A stretch of 64,000 nt of DNA from positions 284,208,001-284,272,000 of the forward strand of contig OZ024741.1 in assembly GCA_964016885.1 (NCBI GenBank), in the 5' to 3' direction. This document shows, in pieces, positions 14,400-26,819 of the stretch. This stretch comes from Eledone cirrhosa. Lineage: Eukaryota. Position numbers and translations under genes: made by a program. The notes below the pieces were generated by a model. It did not search any database, was not told where the DNA came from, and worked only from the letters and a program-made list of their open reading frames with translations. Numbering within the stretch: position 1 is the first letter of the stretch; every line of letters starts with the position of its first letter.

Positions 14400-16241
14400 A
14401 TTTACCGTTAGACAGTTTCAAAAAGTTTAGACAAGTTCAAAGTGGCCACATAGAATGTTGGCTCACTCAAGAAGCAATATAGCGAAGTGGTGGAGACATT
14501 ATCGAGTAGGAAAGTTAAGCTTTGTGGTATACAAGAGCACAAATGGGCTGGTGGTGTGACACCTAACCAAACTCGCTTCCTGAAAGGCAAGAACTCACGC
14601 ATCAAGTTTTACTGGTATGGAAACAAGGAAGGCCAAGGTGGTCAGGCATGCTGTTAGCTGAGCACTGGGTGGATAAGGTCTTTGAAGTCCAGTGCATCTC
14701 GGATACGATCCTGCTGCTAAAGCTAGTCATTGGCAAGGTTGTTTCACCTTCGTTTCTATTTACGCCCCTCAGTCTGGTCTCTCTGACGCTGCAAAAGAGT
14801 GCTTCTATGACCAGTTGCAAAGCAATGTCGCCTAGGTTTCTGTCTCTGAGACCCTCTTTGTGTTGTGTGATTGAAATGGTCATGTTGGTGCTGTAAATGG
14901 TGCGTACAAGGATGTGCATGGCGGGTACGGTTTCGGGACCCGTAACGCAGGAGAGAGAATTCTAGAATTTGCCAACGACCTTTTTGTTGGTAACACATTG
15001 TTCAAGAGAAGAGACTCACATCTCGTCACTTACAGTTCTGGCAACCATAGGACCCAGATAGATTACATCTTGTTCCGAAAGAGTTTCAGGAAAGAAGTCA
15101 GCAACGCCAAAGTCATCCCGGCTGAGAAATGCGTCCAAACAGCACCAACTAGTGGTTTGTGACTTCAATGTGCACTTACCGAAAAAGAAGAGGCACAAGT
15201 TCACTCCTCGAATTTACACTTGGAAGTTGAGACACCAGCTGTGGATGACCTGTTCCATGACACCTTCAAGATCAAAGTGACTGGTTCTGCTGCCAGAAAT
15301 GACACGGTAAACGTGGCCGAGAAGGCATGGTCTAAGCTGAAAGGCCCCCCTTCTAGACGCAGCAACTGAGATATGTGGCATGTCCAAGAACCACCAGTGG
15401 GGAAAAGAAAGTTGGTGGTGGAACGACAGAGTCGAAGGTGCAATTAAAGAAAAGCGATCACGGTTCAAAGCATACAAGGTACTTATGAAAGCAGGTAAAG
15501 TGGGAGAGGCTAAGGAAGCAAAAAATGCCTACATAGAGGCCAAGCGAACTGCCAAGCATGTTGTCTGGCTGGCCAAGTCTGATGCCGAGATGTTTGCTGA
15601 CATCTCTCCTTCTGGTGATGGTGTCTTCCGGCTTGCCAAACAAATGGACCGCTCTAACCAGGATGTTGTTGGCTAAAAGTGTGTAAAAAAGAATGCTGGT
15701 GAGTTGTCTCTCAGTATGAGGAGAGGATGAAGGCATGGGTGGAGCATTATTCAAGGCTCTTAAATGTTGAGTTTGATTGGCCAAGGGACTCACTTCCTGA
15801 GGTGGCTCCAATGTTGCCCCCCCCCTCCCAGTGTGTTGCCTGAGTTGATCCACAAGGCTCTTGGAAAGATGAAGTGTGGCAAGGCTGCAGGCCCTTCTGG
15901 CATCATTGCTGAAATGCTTAAAGCAGCTGGCGAGGAGGGAGTTGAATTGGTGAGACAGCTGACAGAAACAGTCTTCAGTAAAGGTACCATTCCTAAAAGC
16001 AAGACACTTTATTTCACATTGCTCCAGTTTACTCAACTGTAGAAATGAGATGATAGGAACTGGGGTCCCTATCATTCCACTGCAAAGTGGTCGTGTAGGT
16101 GCCACGGAAAAAAGCACCCAGCACTCACTGTAAATGAGGTTGGTGTTAGGAAGGGCATCCAGCTGTAGAAATCAAGCCAGAATCAGTTCCCGTCCCACCC
16201 TTGCAAGCAGGGAAAAGCAGACGTAAAAATGATGATGATGA
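14400..16241 (+). mobile_element. Decayed RTE LINE (APE and start of RT, internal deletion, 3' UTR, (GAT)n tail)
   Basis: HGGYGFGTRNAGERILEFA, TQIDYIL, SWWWND, MKCGKAAGPSGIIAEMLKA. 3' UTR contains ggttggtgttaggaagggcatccagc. Confidence 0.88.
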
Positions 16242-16397
16242 TATATATATATATTGTTATACTTGGGTAGGGTCATATTTGTGTAATAATATTGCCAGAA
16301 TTAATAACAGAACACATTCACTGTTTTGTTGGTTTTCGTTTCTGTGTCTTTTATATCGCTTAATTTAATTTATTAGGTCCTCAATGTTGCCATTGAC

Positions 16398-16496
16398 TGA
16401 CCAACGGTCAAAAATACAGATACAATATAGACTCAAACACATATATATAGTCTATCAAAGTTCTTTCGTTGTACATCTGCAACATCGTCAGTGGTG
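16398..16496 (-). ncRNA. Degenerate hammerhead ribozyme in the PLE 3' UTR
   Basis: Minus strand reads acca CTGACGA t gttg..caac GAAA. Stem III and the cleavage triplet are not cleanly recoverable. Confidence 0.45.
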
Positions 16497-16730
16497 CTAT
16501 TATGTTTCCTCCCGTTGCATTGTATGCTTACGCCATCTTTATTTAGTCTGCTTATTTATTTATTTACTTGTTTATTTTTTGTCTTCTCTGCGCATGCGTT
16601 TGCGTGTGTGTATAGTATTTTGTTTGATGTGTGTTCTTGTTTGGGTGACTGTGTATTGGTTAATGTATTCTATCTTAGTTTACTAGTGTGTGTTTATATG
16701 TGTTTGTTGTTATTGTGCTTGTGTATGTAT

Positions 16731-16765
<35 letters not shown>

Positions 16766-19025
16766 TACTTCTCTTAGGTCAGTGTTGTTTGTTTGGGTGT
16801 TGTTGTTATTCCATTCATTTTATCTGTTTAGCCTTGGCCTTCTAAATTCTATTTCGCTGGCCTCTCTGATTTGCCTATCTGCTGGGTCATTTCTATGTTG
16901 TCTATGTTACCGTTGTGTTGTTGTCTGGCATGTTCGTATAGTACTGAACCGTTTTTTCGTCCTTTTAGTTCCCCCCAGTGTTGGTCTATCCTTTCACCTA
17001 TGCTACGAGCTGTCTCGCCTATGTATATTGTTGCCATGTTTCTGCAAGTACCCTCTGTACATCTTATGCTATAGACTACGTTTCTAGTTTTACAGTTTAT
17101 CCGGAGGTTTTCTCTACATATGATACATTTTCTATTAGTACAGTGGGTTTTCTTAAAAGAGTAGGTTTTGCTGATCAGGGATTTTATAGTGGTTCCTGGC
17201 TTTTCTACCACCTTAATCTTTAAGTGGGTCTTTCTCGGGGCCTTTCTACACTGGTTAGCTAATTTCTCTCCAGGGGTAACGTCCACAAACATGACACTCT
17301 GGTATCTCTGGTTGTCGTACCATGAGGTGGCTTTCCCTATCTTATGTCTAGTCCTATCTAAGCTATTCCATGATTTGCTCCTGTATAATGGGCAAATTCC
17401 TTTCATGTCCAGTTCTATGAGGGTCTTATACTTCTCCGTGGCTCCTTCGTATACTCTGATTCTGTCTCTTTGGTTGTAGCCAGAGAACTGCATGCGGTTG
17501 ATGAAGTGTTGGATGTGTCTTTCCATTTCTGTTGGGTCGCACATGCGGGACACGTTCTTCATCACTCGTACCAAGTCTGCGATCAGAATATTAAACTTAG
17601 CACAACTGGACATTGCTGAGTTTTTGTGTATCAGGTATTTGGAGTCCATGGGTTTAGCATAGTGTGAGTGGAGAATTTTGGCTCTCTCGTCTATAGTCTT
17701 AATCAAGATCCCGTGTCTAATACAGGTAGTCTATTGTTAGGGTGTTTGGAAGGGTAGTCGATAGTTACAGTTATACTCTGGTGTATGGAATTAGCTATCT
17801 GCTGGATGCTTTCCATTGTGCTACGTTCTAAATCAAACTTGTTAGTGCTCTCTTGTGGGGATGTCCTTATTACTATATTGATGTCGTCTACGTAACGAGA
17901 GTTCATGATGAGGTCTATGGAGCTCTCATCAAGGAGATCTTTGAGTCTCCTTTCCCACCATACCATAAAAAGGTTGGCAACGTCACCAGCTATGCTGATG
18001 CCAATGGCTGCTCCCTCATTTTGGGTGTAGATCTTCTCGTTGAACTTGAATATGTGGCCCTTTAGGGTGGCCTATAAGTGGCCTATAAGGAGCAGAAACG
18101 TCTAAGGTCATGGCTGTCTAGGTAGTCAGTGTCGTAGGTAAGTCTAAGTAGGAGGCCCAGTTCGTCTGTGTCGACGTCGCAGAACTCCACCTCACTCTCA
18201 ATGATCATCCCCACACATTTTCCACAGCAAAATCAATGTTAATGGATGGATACAGTGATACCACATCCATACTGCCTATTATGCTGTTGGATAGGTTCCT
18301 GTTTTTGTTGCACTCACTGATTCTGCTGAGGAGGTCCTCTGTACTGTCACATACATCTGGGGACATCTTGATTATGGGGCGTATAACCATTGAGAGGAAG
18401 TAGGAGATCCTGTAGTTGCTAGCTATATTTGCTCCGCATACAGGTCTTGTTGGTGGTCCTGTTGTCGGGTCGTCGACTGTCTTGTGGTCTTTGCGGAGCC
18501 CATACAAGGGTAGTATGCCATTGTTAGACGCATGGAAGTTGTTGGCAGTACGTCTGCTTGGCTTTAGGATGTCGGTCCACATCATCATGTGAGCGTTGAG
18601 GATTTTCTCTCTCCCATCATGTATTTGCTGTGCAATTTCGCTCGTGTTGGTGATGTGGGGTTGCATAGCCTTGATGTAGTTCGGTATGCTGTCTATTGAC
18701 ATCCTACCAGACTTATCCGTGGGTTAGACATACTACCTCACCATCCCTTGTGCACTGCTTGAGGCTAACCAAGCCTTCTACAGGTTTCCTCCCAAGTTGT
18801 TGGACCTCTGGTCTGCTCTGCCTCTTAGTATACCGGTATACTATTTGTCTAACTTATTTCTAGCTATGGTGACCTGTTCCTCTGTCTCGTCATCTATTTG
18901 TTGTGGTATGCAAACTCTTTTATTAAAGGGTAACCTCGTAGGATAGATATTACCCATCTTATATGTTTTGTCAGCTGGGTTGAAGAATAGTTTCTCTAAG
19001 GGGTTGTCATTATATCTATCGTCAT

Positions 19026-19214
19026 GGGCGGTGGATTGGCAGTATCGGTAGAGGGTCGGACGCCATGCTTTGACGCATAGAGTTACGTCCCTTGCCATTC
19101 TGAGTTCAAAGCCCGCCAAGGTTAACTTTGCCTTTCATCCTCATGGGGTCGATGAAATAAAGTACCAGTAATGCACTGGGTAATTGCTGGCCTTGTGCCA
19201 AAAGTAGAAACAAA
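19026..19214 (+). mobile_element. Full-length tRNA-derived SINE (MetaSINE-like core) inserted in the PLE
   Basis: B-box-like gagttcaaa. Core gcctttcatcct..ggggtcgat..aaagtaccag. 15-bp TSD tatatctatcgtcat (19011-19025 and 19215-19229). Confidence 0.9.
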
Positions 19215-20405
19215 TATATCTATCGTCATAGTTGTGTGTGTTGCTATTATTGTTATTATGGTGGTTGTTGTTGTTCCTATCATTAGCATTATTATTATTC
19301 TTATGATTGCTAGGTGTATTGTTGCTGTGATTGTTAGATGTATTGTTGTTGTTTTCTCCACCGTTATTGTTGTTGTTACTGTTATTTCTACCATTGTGGT
19401 TGTTACTTTTATTATGTTTCTTGTTTTTGTTGTGTCTATCATTAATGTTGCTACATATATTATTTCTATTATTACCACTGTGGTTGTTGTTGTTGTTATT
19501 CGTATTGTTACCGTTATTACTACTGTGGTCGCTGCTGCTGTGTCTGTAGTTAATGTTTCTATTATTATTATTATTATTATTGTGGTTGTTGTTGTTGTTG
19601 TTGTTCTGTCTATCGTTAATATTAATACCATTATTACTATTTCTCACTCTCCTGCTATTGTTATTGTTATGACTATTACTATTATAGCTGTCATTTCTAT
19701 ACTCAGAGTTATTGTTTATATTACTACTATCGTTATTATTGTTGTTGTTGTCCGTATAGTTGTTGTTGTTGTTTACTTTTGCATTCCAACGTATTTTTGT
19801 GAAACACTTTTCCAGCTCCGTTTTGCACTCGATAGGGTTAATCTTTTTATAGGTAGCACATTTTGGTGGTAGCTGCAGGATTTGTTGTTTTTGTCCACTG
19901 ATTAAAGTGTTCCCATAAATATTTACTGTGTGGTCATTGGTAAATTCTTCCGGTCGTTCTGCATCAGTCATACGGATATTGTTGATGTTATCTGGGTATT
20001 TTTGTGAATATTCTATTTTTCTTTCTTCTTGTTTTTTCTTATTCAACCATTTTAATTTCTTATTGAAATGCCTATTGCATTCGTTTCGGGCGTATTTCGT
20101 TTTACGTCGAATGACGCTCATGAAGTCATCCCTCTCGTTTGGTGTGGTGAGATTTCGGACTTTCTTACCGTTAATGCGTTTCTGTCTGTAAAGTTCGTTA
20201 ACTTTTGTGTATGTTGTTCTTTTCATATTAACTGTTATTGTGTGTTTTAGTCGTTCAGCTTGTGTTTTGTTCAATAATAAATTATTTACTTGTTTTGATA
20301 TGTTTATTGAGTATATTTTGAAAGAAACACAGTGTTTTAAGAAGGGGATTTGTTTTGTTGTTATTGTAGTTTTTATATAACAGAAAACAGTGTCTTTCAA
20401 TAACC

Positions 20406-21123
20406 TATAACGGCGGCGAAGATTCGAAACCGAATCTGAGCTTTCCCGCCTCTGGGACAAGCCGTGGTAACTTGTTTACGCTCAAGAGACTAACCCCTTG
20501 GGAGAGGCTAAACACAGGTCAGAGGTGTTTACGCCTGACAGAAAATAGGTCAGAGGATATATCCATCTTTCTGACTTGTTTACGCTTGGCAAACTAATCC
20601 CTTGGGAGACTAACCAAAGTTCAGAGGATATATCTATCTTTCTAACTTCAACTCTTATAAATACAGGGATTGTTTACACCTCGAATAGAAAAGAAGTGAT
20701 ATACAGACAAGACAAGTCGCATTTACAAGCTCTCGTCACGAAAAACCAGTCTGCCACTTATTCTCACCTTCCTGGCTGATCGCTGACTCCTGAAATACAA
20801 ATAAGTAAATATACTGATACGCCGCACACACGCATTCATAGTGAGTCCAGCATTTGTACACGCACCATTCATTTCTGTTTACACATATTATAATCGTATT
20901 CTGTGATACTTGAATTTACGTGGCTCGAAGAGCCCCCAAATTATTGTATGAATATTTTGTGTCAATTATTTTATCATTCAATATTCAAATTGAATATTGT
21001 TGTAATAAAATAAACTTTGTAACAACACAATCCTGGTATTTTTCTTTACATCGAAACCACCATACCAACAGTTACATCCATCCATCCACTTATCGTTACA
21101 ACCACATATAATATTCCTTTACA
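20406..21123 (+). mobile_element. 5' LTR of a Gypsy element
   Basis: Starts TATAAC (likely a mutated TGTAAC), ends TTACA, contains AATAAA, and lies just upstream of a PBS. Confidence 0.7.
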
Positions 21124-21125
21124 AC

Positions 21126-21136
21126 TGGTGACCCCG
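21126..21136 (+). promoter_or_regulatory. Primer-binding site complementary to the tRNA-Trp 3' end
   Basis: TGGTGACCCCG, 2 nt after the LTR end. Confidence 0.8.
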
Positions 21137-21176
21137 TAAAACAGACACACAACCTTCTGATCATCCACTACAAACG

Positions 21177-24100
21177 ATGTCTCTAGCACACGACGATTCA
21201 TCTACGGCAGAAATGGTAGTCACGGCGAAATTAAGGATTCCACCATTCTGGGTGCACGATCCAACACTGTTGTTCGCGCACATCGAAGCGCAGTTCGCAT
21301 CGAACCAGATCGTGAGCGAGGCATCCCGTCTCACACATCTCATCGGTTCGATGTCTCCGGAGATTATGAATGAAGTTCGAGACCTCATTTTAGCACCACC
21401 CGGCTCTGTGTCATATGACACATTTAAAAGAACATTAGTTAAGCGGACGTCGGAGTCGCAGCAGAAGCGTTTGCACCAGCTCCTCATATCGGAGGAATCA
21501 GGAGATAAAAAGCCGACGCAACTCCTACGGAGAATGAAGCAGCTTCTGGGTGAACATAAACTCCCGGATGAAATTTTCAAGCAACTCTTCCTCCAGCGTT
21601 TGCCTTCTGCCACACAAGTTGTACTAGCATCCACCAGGGAGTCCACCACCATAGAAGAACTCGCCGAGCTAGCAGATAAGATCATGGAGGTACCACATGC
21701 GCACTCAAAAATAGCGATGTGACGCCAGCCGTGCCTTCTACCAATCCTTTCCTTCAGCCCTCCAGTGCCACAGAGATGTCCGATCTACACCAGTTACTGG
21801 CACAGCAAGCAACACAGATACAGGCCTTGACGCAACAATTCAGGCCTTGTCACTGGGCAACCCTGCCACGCGTCGGTCCAACAGTCGAACTCGCCGATTT
21901 GGTGGTCGCTCAATTCGGTGGTCGAGATTCACCAGAAATGTGTTGGTACCACCAAAGATTCGGGAGACGAGCGCAAAAGTGCAGCCATCCCTGTTCATTT
22001 GTTTCGAAAACGAATCAGGGAAACGACACAGCCAGAAACTGAATGCGACAGACATTTCTGGCCCTCATAACCAAAGTCGCCTATTTTTTATTCAGGATAG
22101 CGTCACAGGCACACGTTTCCTGGTCGACACCGGTGCTGAAGTGAGCATCATCCCGGTTTCCTGCGTTCCTGGAAAAAGGAGAGAGACACCAGCCTGGCTC
22201 CAGGCGGTTAATCACTCACATATTCCGACCTACGGAGAACAGTCACTGACACTAAATTTGGGACTACGCCGCACTTTCCAGTGGGTATTCGTTGTGGCTA
22301 AGCTGCCGACCCCTATTTTAGGAGCTGATTTTCTTCAGCACTTCTCGCTTCTAGTTGATCTGAAAAACCAACGACTCGTTGACAACTCCACTGGTCTCGC
22401 TGTGCGCGGCATAGCCGCTAGGACAGCAAGTCAGTCCAGTCATTTCACGATCGACAACAACAACCCGGCACAACCACATCATCAACAAACACCCAGACGT
22501 AGCTCGACCACTATTCAATGCTTGCCCTGTAAAACATGACGTCACACACCACATAAAAACACACGGCCCACCTGTCGCTGCACGACCTAGAAAGCTACCA
22601 CCAGACCGTTGAAGTCCGTCAAACAAGAATTTCAGCACATGCTGGATCTCGGCATCATACGTCCGTCCAGCAGCAACTGGTCCTCACCCATACACTGTGT
22701 ACCCAAGAAGTCGTCGAACGACTGGCGAATCTGTGGCGACTACCGTGCACTGAACAACTGCACCGTTCCTGATTCTTATCCAGTGCCTCATCTACAGGAC
22801 TTCTCTAGCTCGCTGCACGGGGCTCGCATATTTTCGAAGATCGATCTTGTGCGAGCTTACAATCAGATACCCGTTGAGCCCGCAGATATTCCAAAGACCG
22901 CAGTCACAACACCCTTTGGAATGTTCGAATTTCTGCGTATGCCTTTCGGTTTGCAAAATGCAGCGCAGACATTCCAGAGATTCATCGATACAGTCACCAG
23001 AGGTCTACCTTTTGTATACGCATACATTGACGACTTACTGGTGGCCAGCAGCTCCGATGAAGAGCACGAGAAACACCTGGATCTCCTATTCACACGTTTG
23101 AGTGAATACGGAATTGTTATCAACCCCAGCAAATGTGAGTTCGGAGTTGCGTCCCTTCATTTTCTGGGACACATCATTGACAAAGATGGTATTCGCCCAC
23201 TTAAGGAGAAAGTCAAATCCATCATTGATTTTCCACAACCTACATCTCTCCGCAAACTGCGAGAATTTCTTGGCCTGGTAAACTTCTACAGAAGATTTAT
23301 ACCCACTGTGCAGAGACAGCCAAACCACTCACAGATTTGCTGCGGCAGCGTACAACCAAAAACGCAAACATCAAGCTCAGCGAAAAAGAATGTACCGCTT
23401 TCGCTGAGTTGAAGAAAATGTTGTCCGAGGCTACAATGCTGAGTTACCCCAAACCTGACGCCCCAATGTGTTTATTGACTGATGCATCCGATTTCGGAGT
23501 TGGAGGTGTGCTTCAACAACTCTCTGGCGATATTTGGCGACCTGTATCTTTTTTCTCTAAGCGATTAAAACCCGCCGAAACCAAGTACAGCACATTCAGT
23601 CGTGAATTATTGGCAGCATACCTTGCTGTCAAGCATTTTCGACACATGCTAGAAGGTCGTGCGTTCTCCATATACACCGACCACAAACCACTAGTGTACG
23701 CGTTCAACGCCAAGCCTGACCGACACTCACCCAGGGAGGTCCGACATCTGGACTTCATTTCTCAGTACACTACTGATATTCGGTACATTAAGGGTGCCAC
23801 CAACTCAGCATGGAGCTTAACGCAATCCACACCACTGCCACGATCGACCTCCAGAAGATTGCAGCGGATCAACAGAATGACGAGGAAATCATCCTTGAAA
23901 TTGAAGGAAAGCCCGCTGCCCTCTTCTTCGGGTTATATTTGGTGCGACATCTACACAGGCCACGAGCGCCCATACGTGCCCCGGAAACATCGACGCGACG
24001 TTTTCGCGGCACTGCATTCTCTGGCACATCCTGGCGTCCGCGCCACGCAGAAACTGATGGTTGCCCGCTTTGTGAGGCCCAACATCAACAAGGACACCCG

Positions 24101-24296
24101 CGAATGGGCTAGGAACTGTATCGCGTGCCAGAAGGCGAACATTCACCGGCACATCAAAGCCCCGATCGGTTCTTTCGCAACACCTGATGCACGGTTCCAA
24201 CATGTGCATATAGACATCGTTGGACCTTTGCCTCCTTCTCACAACTACACTCATCTTCTCACCTGTGTCGACCGATTTTCTCGCTGGCCAGAAGCT
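21177..24296 (+). pseudogene. Ty3/Gypsy gag-pol (gag, protease, RT, RNase H, partial integrase), frameshifted and 3'-truncated
   Basis: gag IPPFWVHDP..F...EAQF and CWYHQRFG..AQKC..PC. Protease FLVDTGAEVS. RT YIDDLL. RNase H TDASDFGVG. Integrase H..AHPG..C..C and HIDIVGPLP. No 3' LTR. Confidence 0.95.
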
Positions 24297-24905
24297 ATAT
24301 ATATGACTAAAGTGTATGGTTGTGGGGTCGGATTCTATGTCAGTCAGGATTATAATAGGAGAAAGTTTTAAAGTGTTTATGTCAACAATTGAAAGCCTGT
24401 TCTAATCTATTATTTCTTAATTTTTTTTCAGTAATTATAAAGTACAGTTCTAGTATACAGATATTACAAATACTCGCATCCTGTTTGTACTGGTCGGCAA
24501 ATCCCAGTACAGACCAAAAAATATCGTATCCAGTTCCTTTTCTCTCCAGTTCCCATATTTTGTAGGCTAACGTTGTAGAATTTCTAAGTTTATGATTTTT
24601 GAAAGAATGTGTATGGACATACCATCATTTTTTAAATACATTTGAAGTAGCCCTTATATATTTTACTTTATGTTTGTTTGCACTCATTACAAAGAAATGT
24701 TCAGAAGATCCTGCTTTAGAGTGAAAGCAGAAATTGTTTGGTTAAACTTTTAACCTGTGCTAATAATAGATATATTAAAGTTTTCACTCTGACATAGCTG
24801 TGTACATATAAATATGTGAATTTTGTATATCTAATGATATATGGTATGTTTACGATAACATGTTTAGTGCCATCTAACAGATTCCATCAGAGGCATCAGG
24901 GGATA

Positions 24906-24946
24906 ATTGCCAACGCACTTCTGGCTTAAGCCATCATTAGGACAGT
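24906..24946 (-). ncRNA. Decayed type I hammerhead (same family as 25255 and 28288)
   Basis: actgtc CTAATGA tggc-ttaa-gcca GAAG tgcg TT ggcaat. Confidence 0.55.
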
Positions 24947-25254
24947 GCTTCCCCCGCCCTGCTCTCTGCTGGAATTTGAAACAGGTAAAAATATATATCT
25001 TTCTACCTATGTACATTTGATGATTAGTCTCATTTGCATATGTAGCTGTCAAGCCGGCTCAGCTTGAAAGTAGAATTACAGATTTTTCTCTGACACTTAT
25101 GTGAATTTTGTATATCTAATGATATATGGTATGTATACAAATAGACATTTGACAGCTCCATATGTAAATGAGGCAAATCAGCCCATGTACATACGTGAAA
25201 AAAATTATATTTTTGCCTGTTTCAAATTCCAGCAGAAAGCAGGATGGAGGAAGC

Positions 25255-25295
25255 ACTGTCCCAATGACGGCCTAAGCCAGAAATGTGTTGGCAGT
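25255..25295 (+). ncRNA. Decayed type I hammerhead
   Basis: actgtc CCAATGA cggc-ctaa-gcca GAAA tgtg TT ggcagt. Confidence 0.55.
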
Positions 25296-25440
25296 TGTCC
25301 CCTGCTGCTTCTTCTGGAATCTGCTAGATGATGTTAGCCATCAGCTTTTCAATATTCGTAGATAAGTGGCTTTCCAAATGTTTATTCGTAAACATACTAT
25401 ATATAATTAGATATACAAAATTCACACACACATATATATA

Positions 25441-25700
25441 ATAATAATAAAATGGACGAGGTGTTAAATTTTCATTATATTTATTGAGGTGTGATGTGCA
25501 TTTAGTGATTGATCAGCTCAAGGTTCGATCTGTATCGATCAAGCCTGACTTTGGAATAAAAAAACTCATTGGATTTCTGTTATGGTAATACCAGATTGAA
25601 TGATACAGATCGAACCCTGAACTGATCAATCACAAAACGCTCGTCACACCTCAATAAATGTAATGAAAATTTAACACCTCTTCCATTTTATTATTATTAT
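25441..25700. mobile_element. MITE/fold-back element with ~100-bp imperfect terminal inverted repeats
   Basis: taaaatgg..gaggtgttaaattttcatt..ggttcgatctgtatc is mirrored by gatacagatcgaacc..aatgaaaatttaacacctc..ccatttta. Confidence 0.8.
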
Positions 25701-25711
25701 TATTACACTCA

Positions 25712-25872
25712 ATGGCGGTGGATTGGCAGTATCGATAGGGGATCGGACGCCATGCTTTGACGCATAGAATTACACCGAGGTTAACTTTACCTTTCATCCT
25801 TACGGGGTCGATAAAATAAAGTACCAGTAATGCACTGGGTAAATGCTGGCCTTGTGCCAAAAGTAGAAACAA
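25712..25872 (+). mobile_element. SINE (same family as 19026), internally deleted
   Basis: ggcggtggattggcagtatcg...cctttcatccttacggggtcgataaaataaagtaccag...gtagaaacaa. Confidence 0.88.
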
Positions 25873-25976
25873 TTATTATTACAATCAGCTTAATACAACA
25901 TCAAAATACCTACTGGAAACTATGCATCAAGTGCCCACTCTGTTGAACCTATAGTAACTTGATGTTGCAACCCAGA

Positions 25977-26067
<91 letters not shown>

Positions 26068-26144
26068 CAAGAAAGTGTTGGTAAAAAAGACTATGATACC
26101 ACCAACACCATAAACACAGAGCTGGCATATCTAAGAACTGACTA

Positions 26145-26200
26145 ACTGCCTGATGAGGTCATAGCCATTCAATGGCTATCATCGAAATATATATAGCAGT
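26145..26200 (+). ncRNA. Type I hammerhead ribozyme (stem III TATATA) in a ~180-bp insert between (TA)n tracts
   Basis: actgc CTGATGA ggt-c-atagccat-tca-atggctat-c-atc GAAA tatata TA gcagt, followed by AATAAA. Confidence 0.82.
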
Positions 26201-26819
26201 AAATAAAGGATTATGAGTTCATGCAATTGACTTATGTTTCGTCACTATATATATATATACACAGTATATATACATTTAGGTTTGTTGGTTCACCACCGGA
26301 TAGAACTGGTCATTCCGTATAGTCAACCTTGATGTAATATTAGGGAGAGCACTCGATGTAATGCAACTCACCCGTCTTCGTTTGTGTTGTTGGTGGTGCG
26401 AGTACGGAGTTAATTATTATAAAATAACAGGAGGTTTAAAGATTTATTATACTATGATCATTTCAATGACTAGGTTCAGTATGAATCCGGTGACATCATC
26501 AGGTATTCGAAATTTAATGAAGGAATATAACAGACACAATCCATGGGGCTGAAAAAGTAGAGAGACGAGAAGGTGGCCAAACAATTAGCAGTACCCAGTC
26601 CGGTTGGCCGCCTTCAAGTTGATATATATATATCAAACAAGTGTTGAGTTGATTTAGACAGGTATAAATGGGTGCTATTTCTAGTGTAACTACGCTCCCG
26701 TCTATTGCCCTGATATATGCATATTCATTTAGTAGTCAAATAATATGCATGTTATTGAGGAAAGAATTTCTTCCAACATTGGTTATCTTAATTTATTCGG
26801 ATAATTAATATTGCACTAG

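Larger units (their letters stand above)
16260..20405 (-). mobile_element. Penelope-like element, Naiad-type (RT + GIY-YIG), frameshifted, 5' part interrupted by the Gypsy LTR
   Basis: TDKSG, LYGLRKDHK, TRPVCGA, GSMDVVSLYPSI, long insert after RT motif 3 (VDTDELGLLL), GAAIG, RYVDD, LPVLD, HYAKPM. Cys-rich linker then NVVYSIRC..YIGETAR. Confidence 0.88.
24812..25430. mobile_element. Two oppositely oriented copies of a small HHR-bearing element with ~40-bp terminal inverted segments
   Basis: 24864-25052 is the reverse complement of ~25148-25335. gtgaattttgtatatctaat occurs at 24816 and 25101, and its complement at ~25407-25426. Confidence 0.7.

Noticed and set aside
16849-18702. Selenoprotein-type Naiad (in-frame UGA readthrough)
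   Set aside because: The TGA stops at ~17703 and ~18205 arise from frameshifts; homology resumes in another frame. No SECIS recognised.
19026-19110. tRNA gene
   Set aside because: Only the tRNA-derived head of a multi-copy SINE with TSDs; no full cloverleaf.
20406-20460. N-terminus of the 439-aa ORF 19141-20460 as a real protein start
   Set aside because: These codons are antisense LTR sequence fused by insertion. The ORF's last codons likewise come from a SINE.
26270-26620. Possible upstream exon of the mucin-like gene
   Set aside because: No convincing open frame with phase-compatible splice sites or a recognisable domain.
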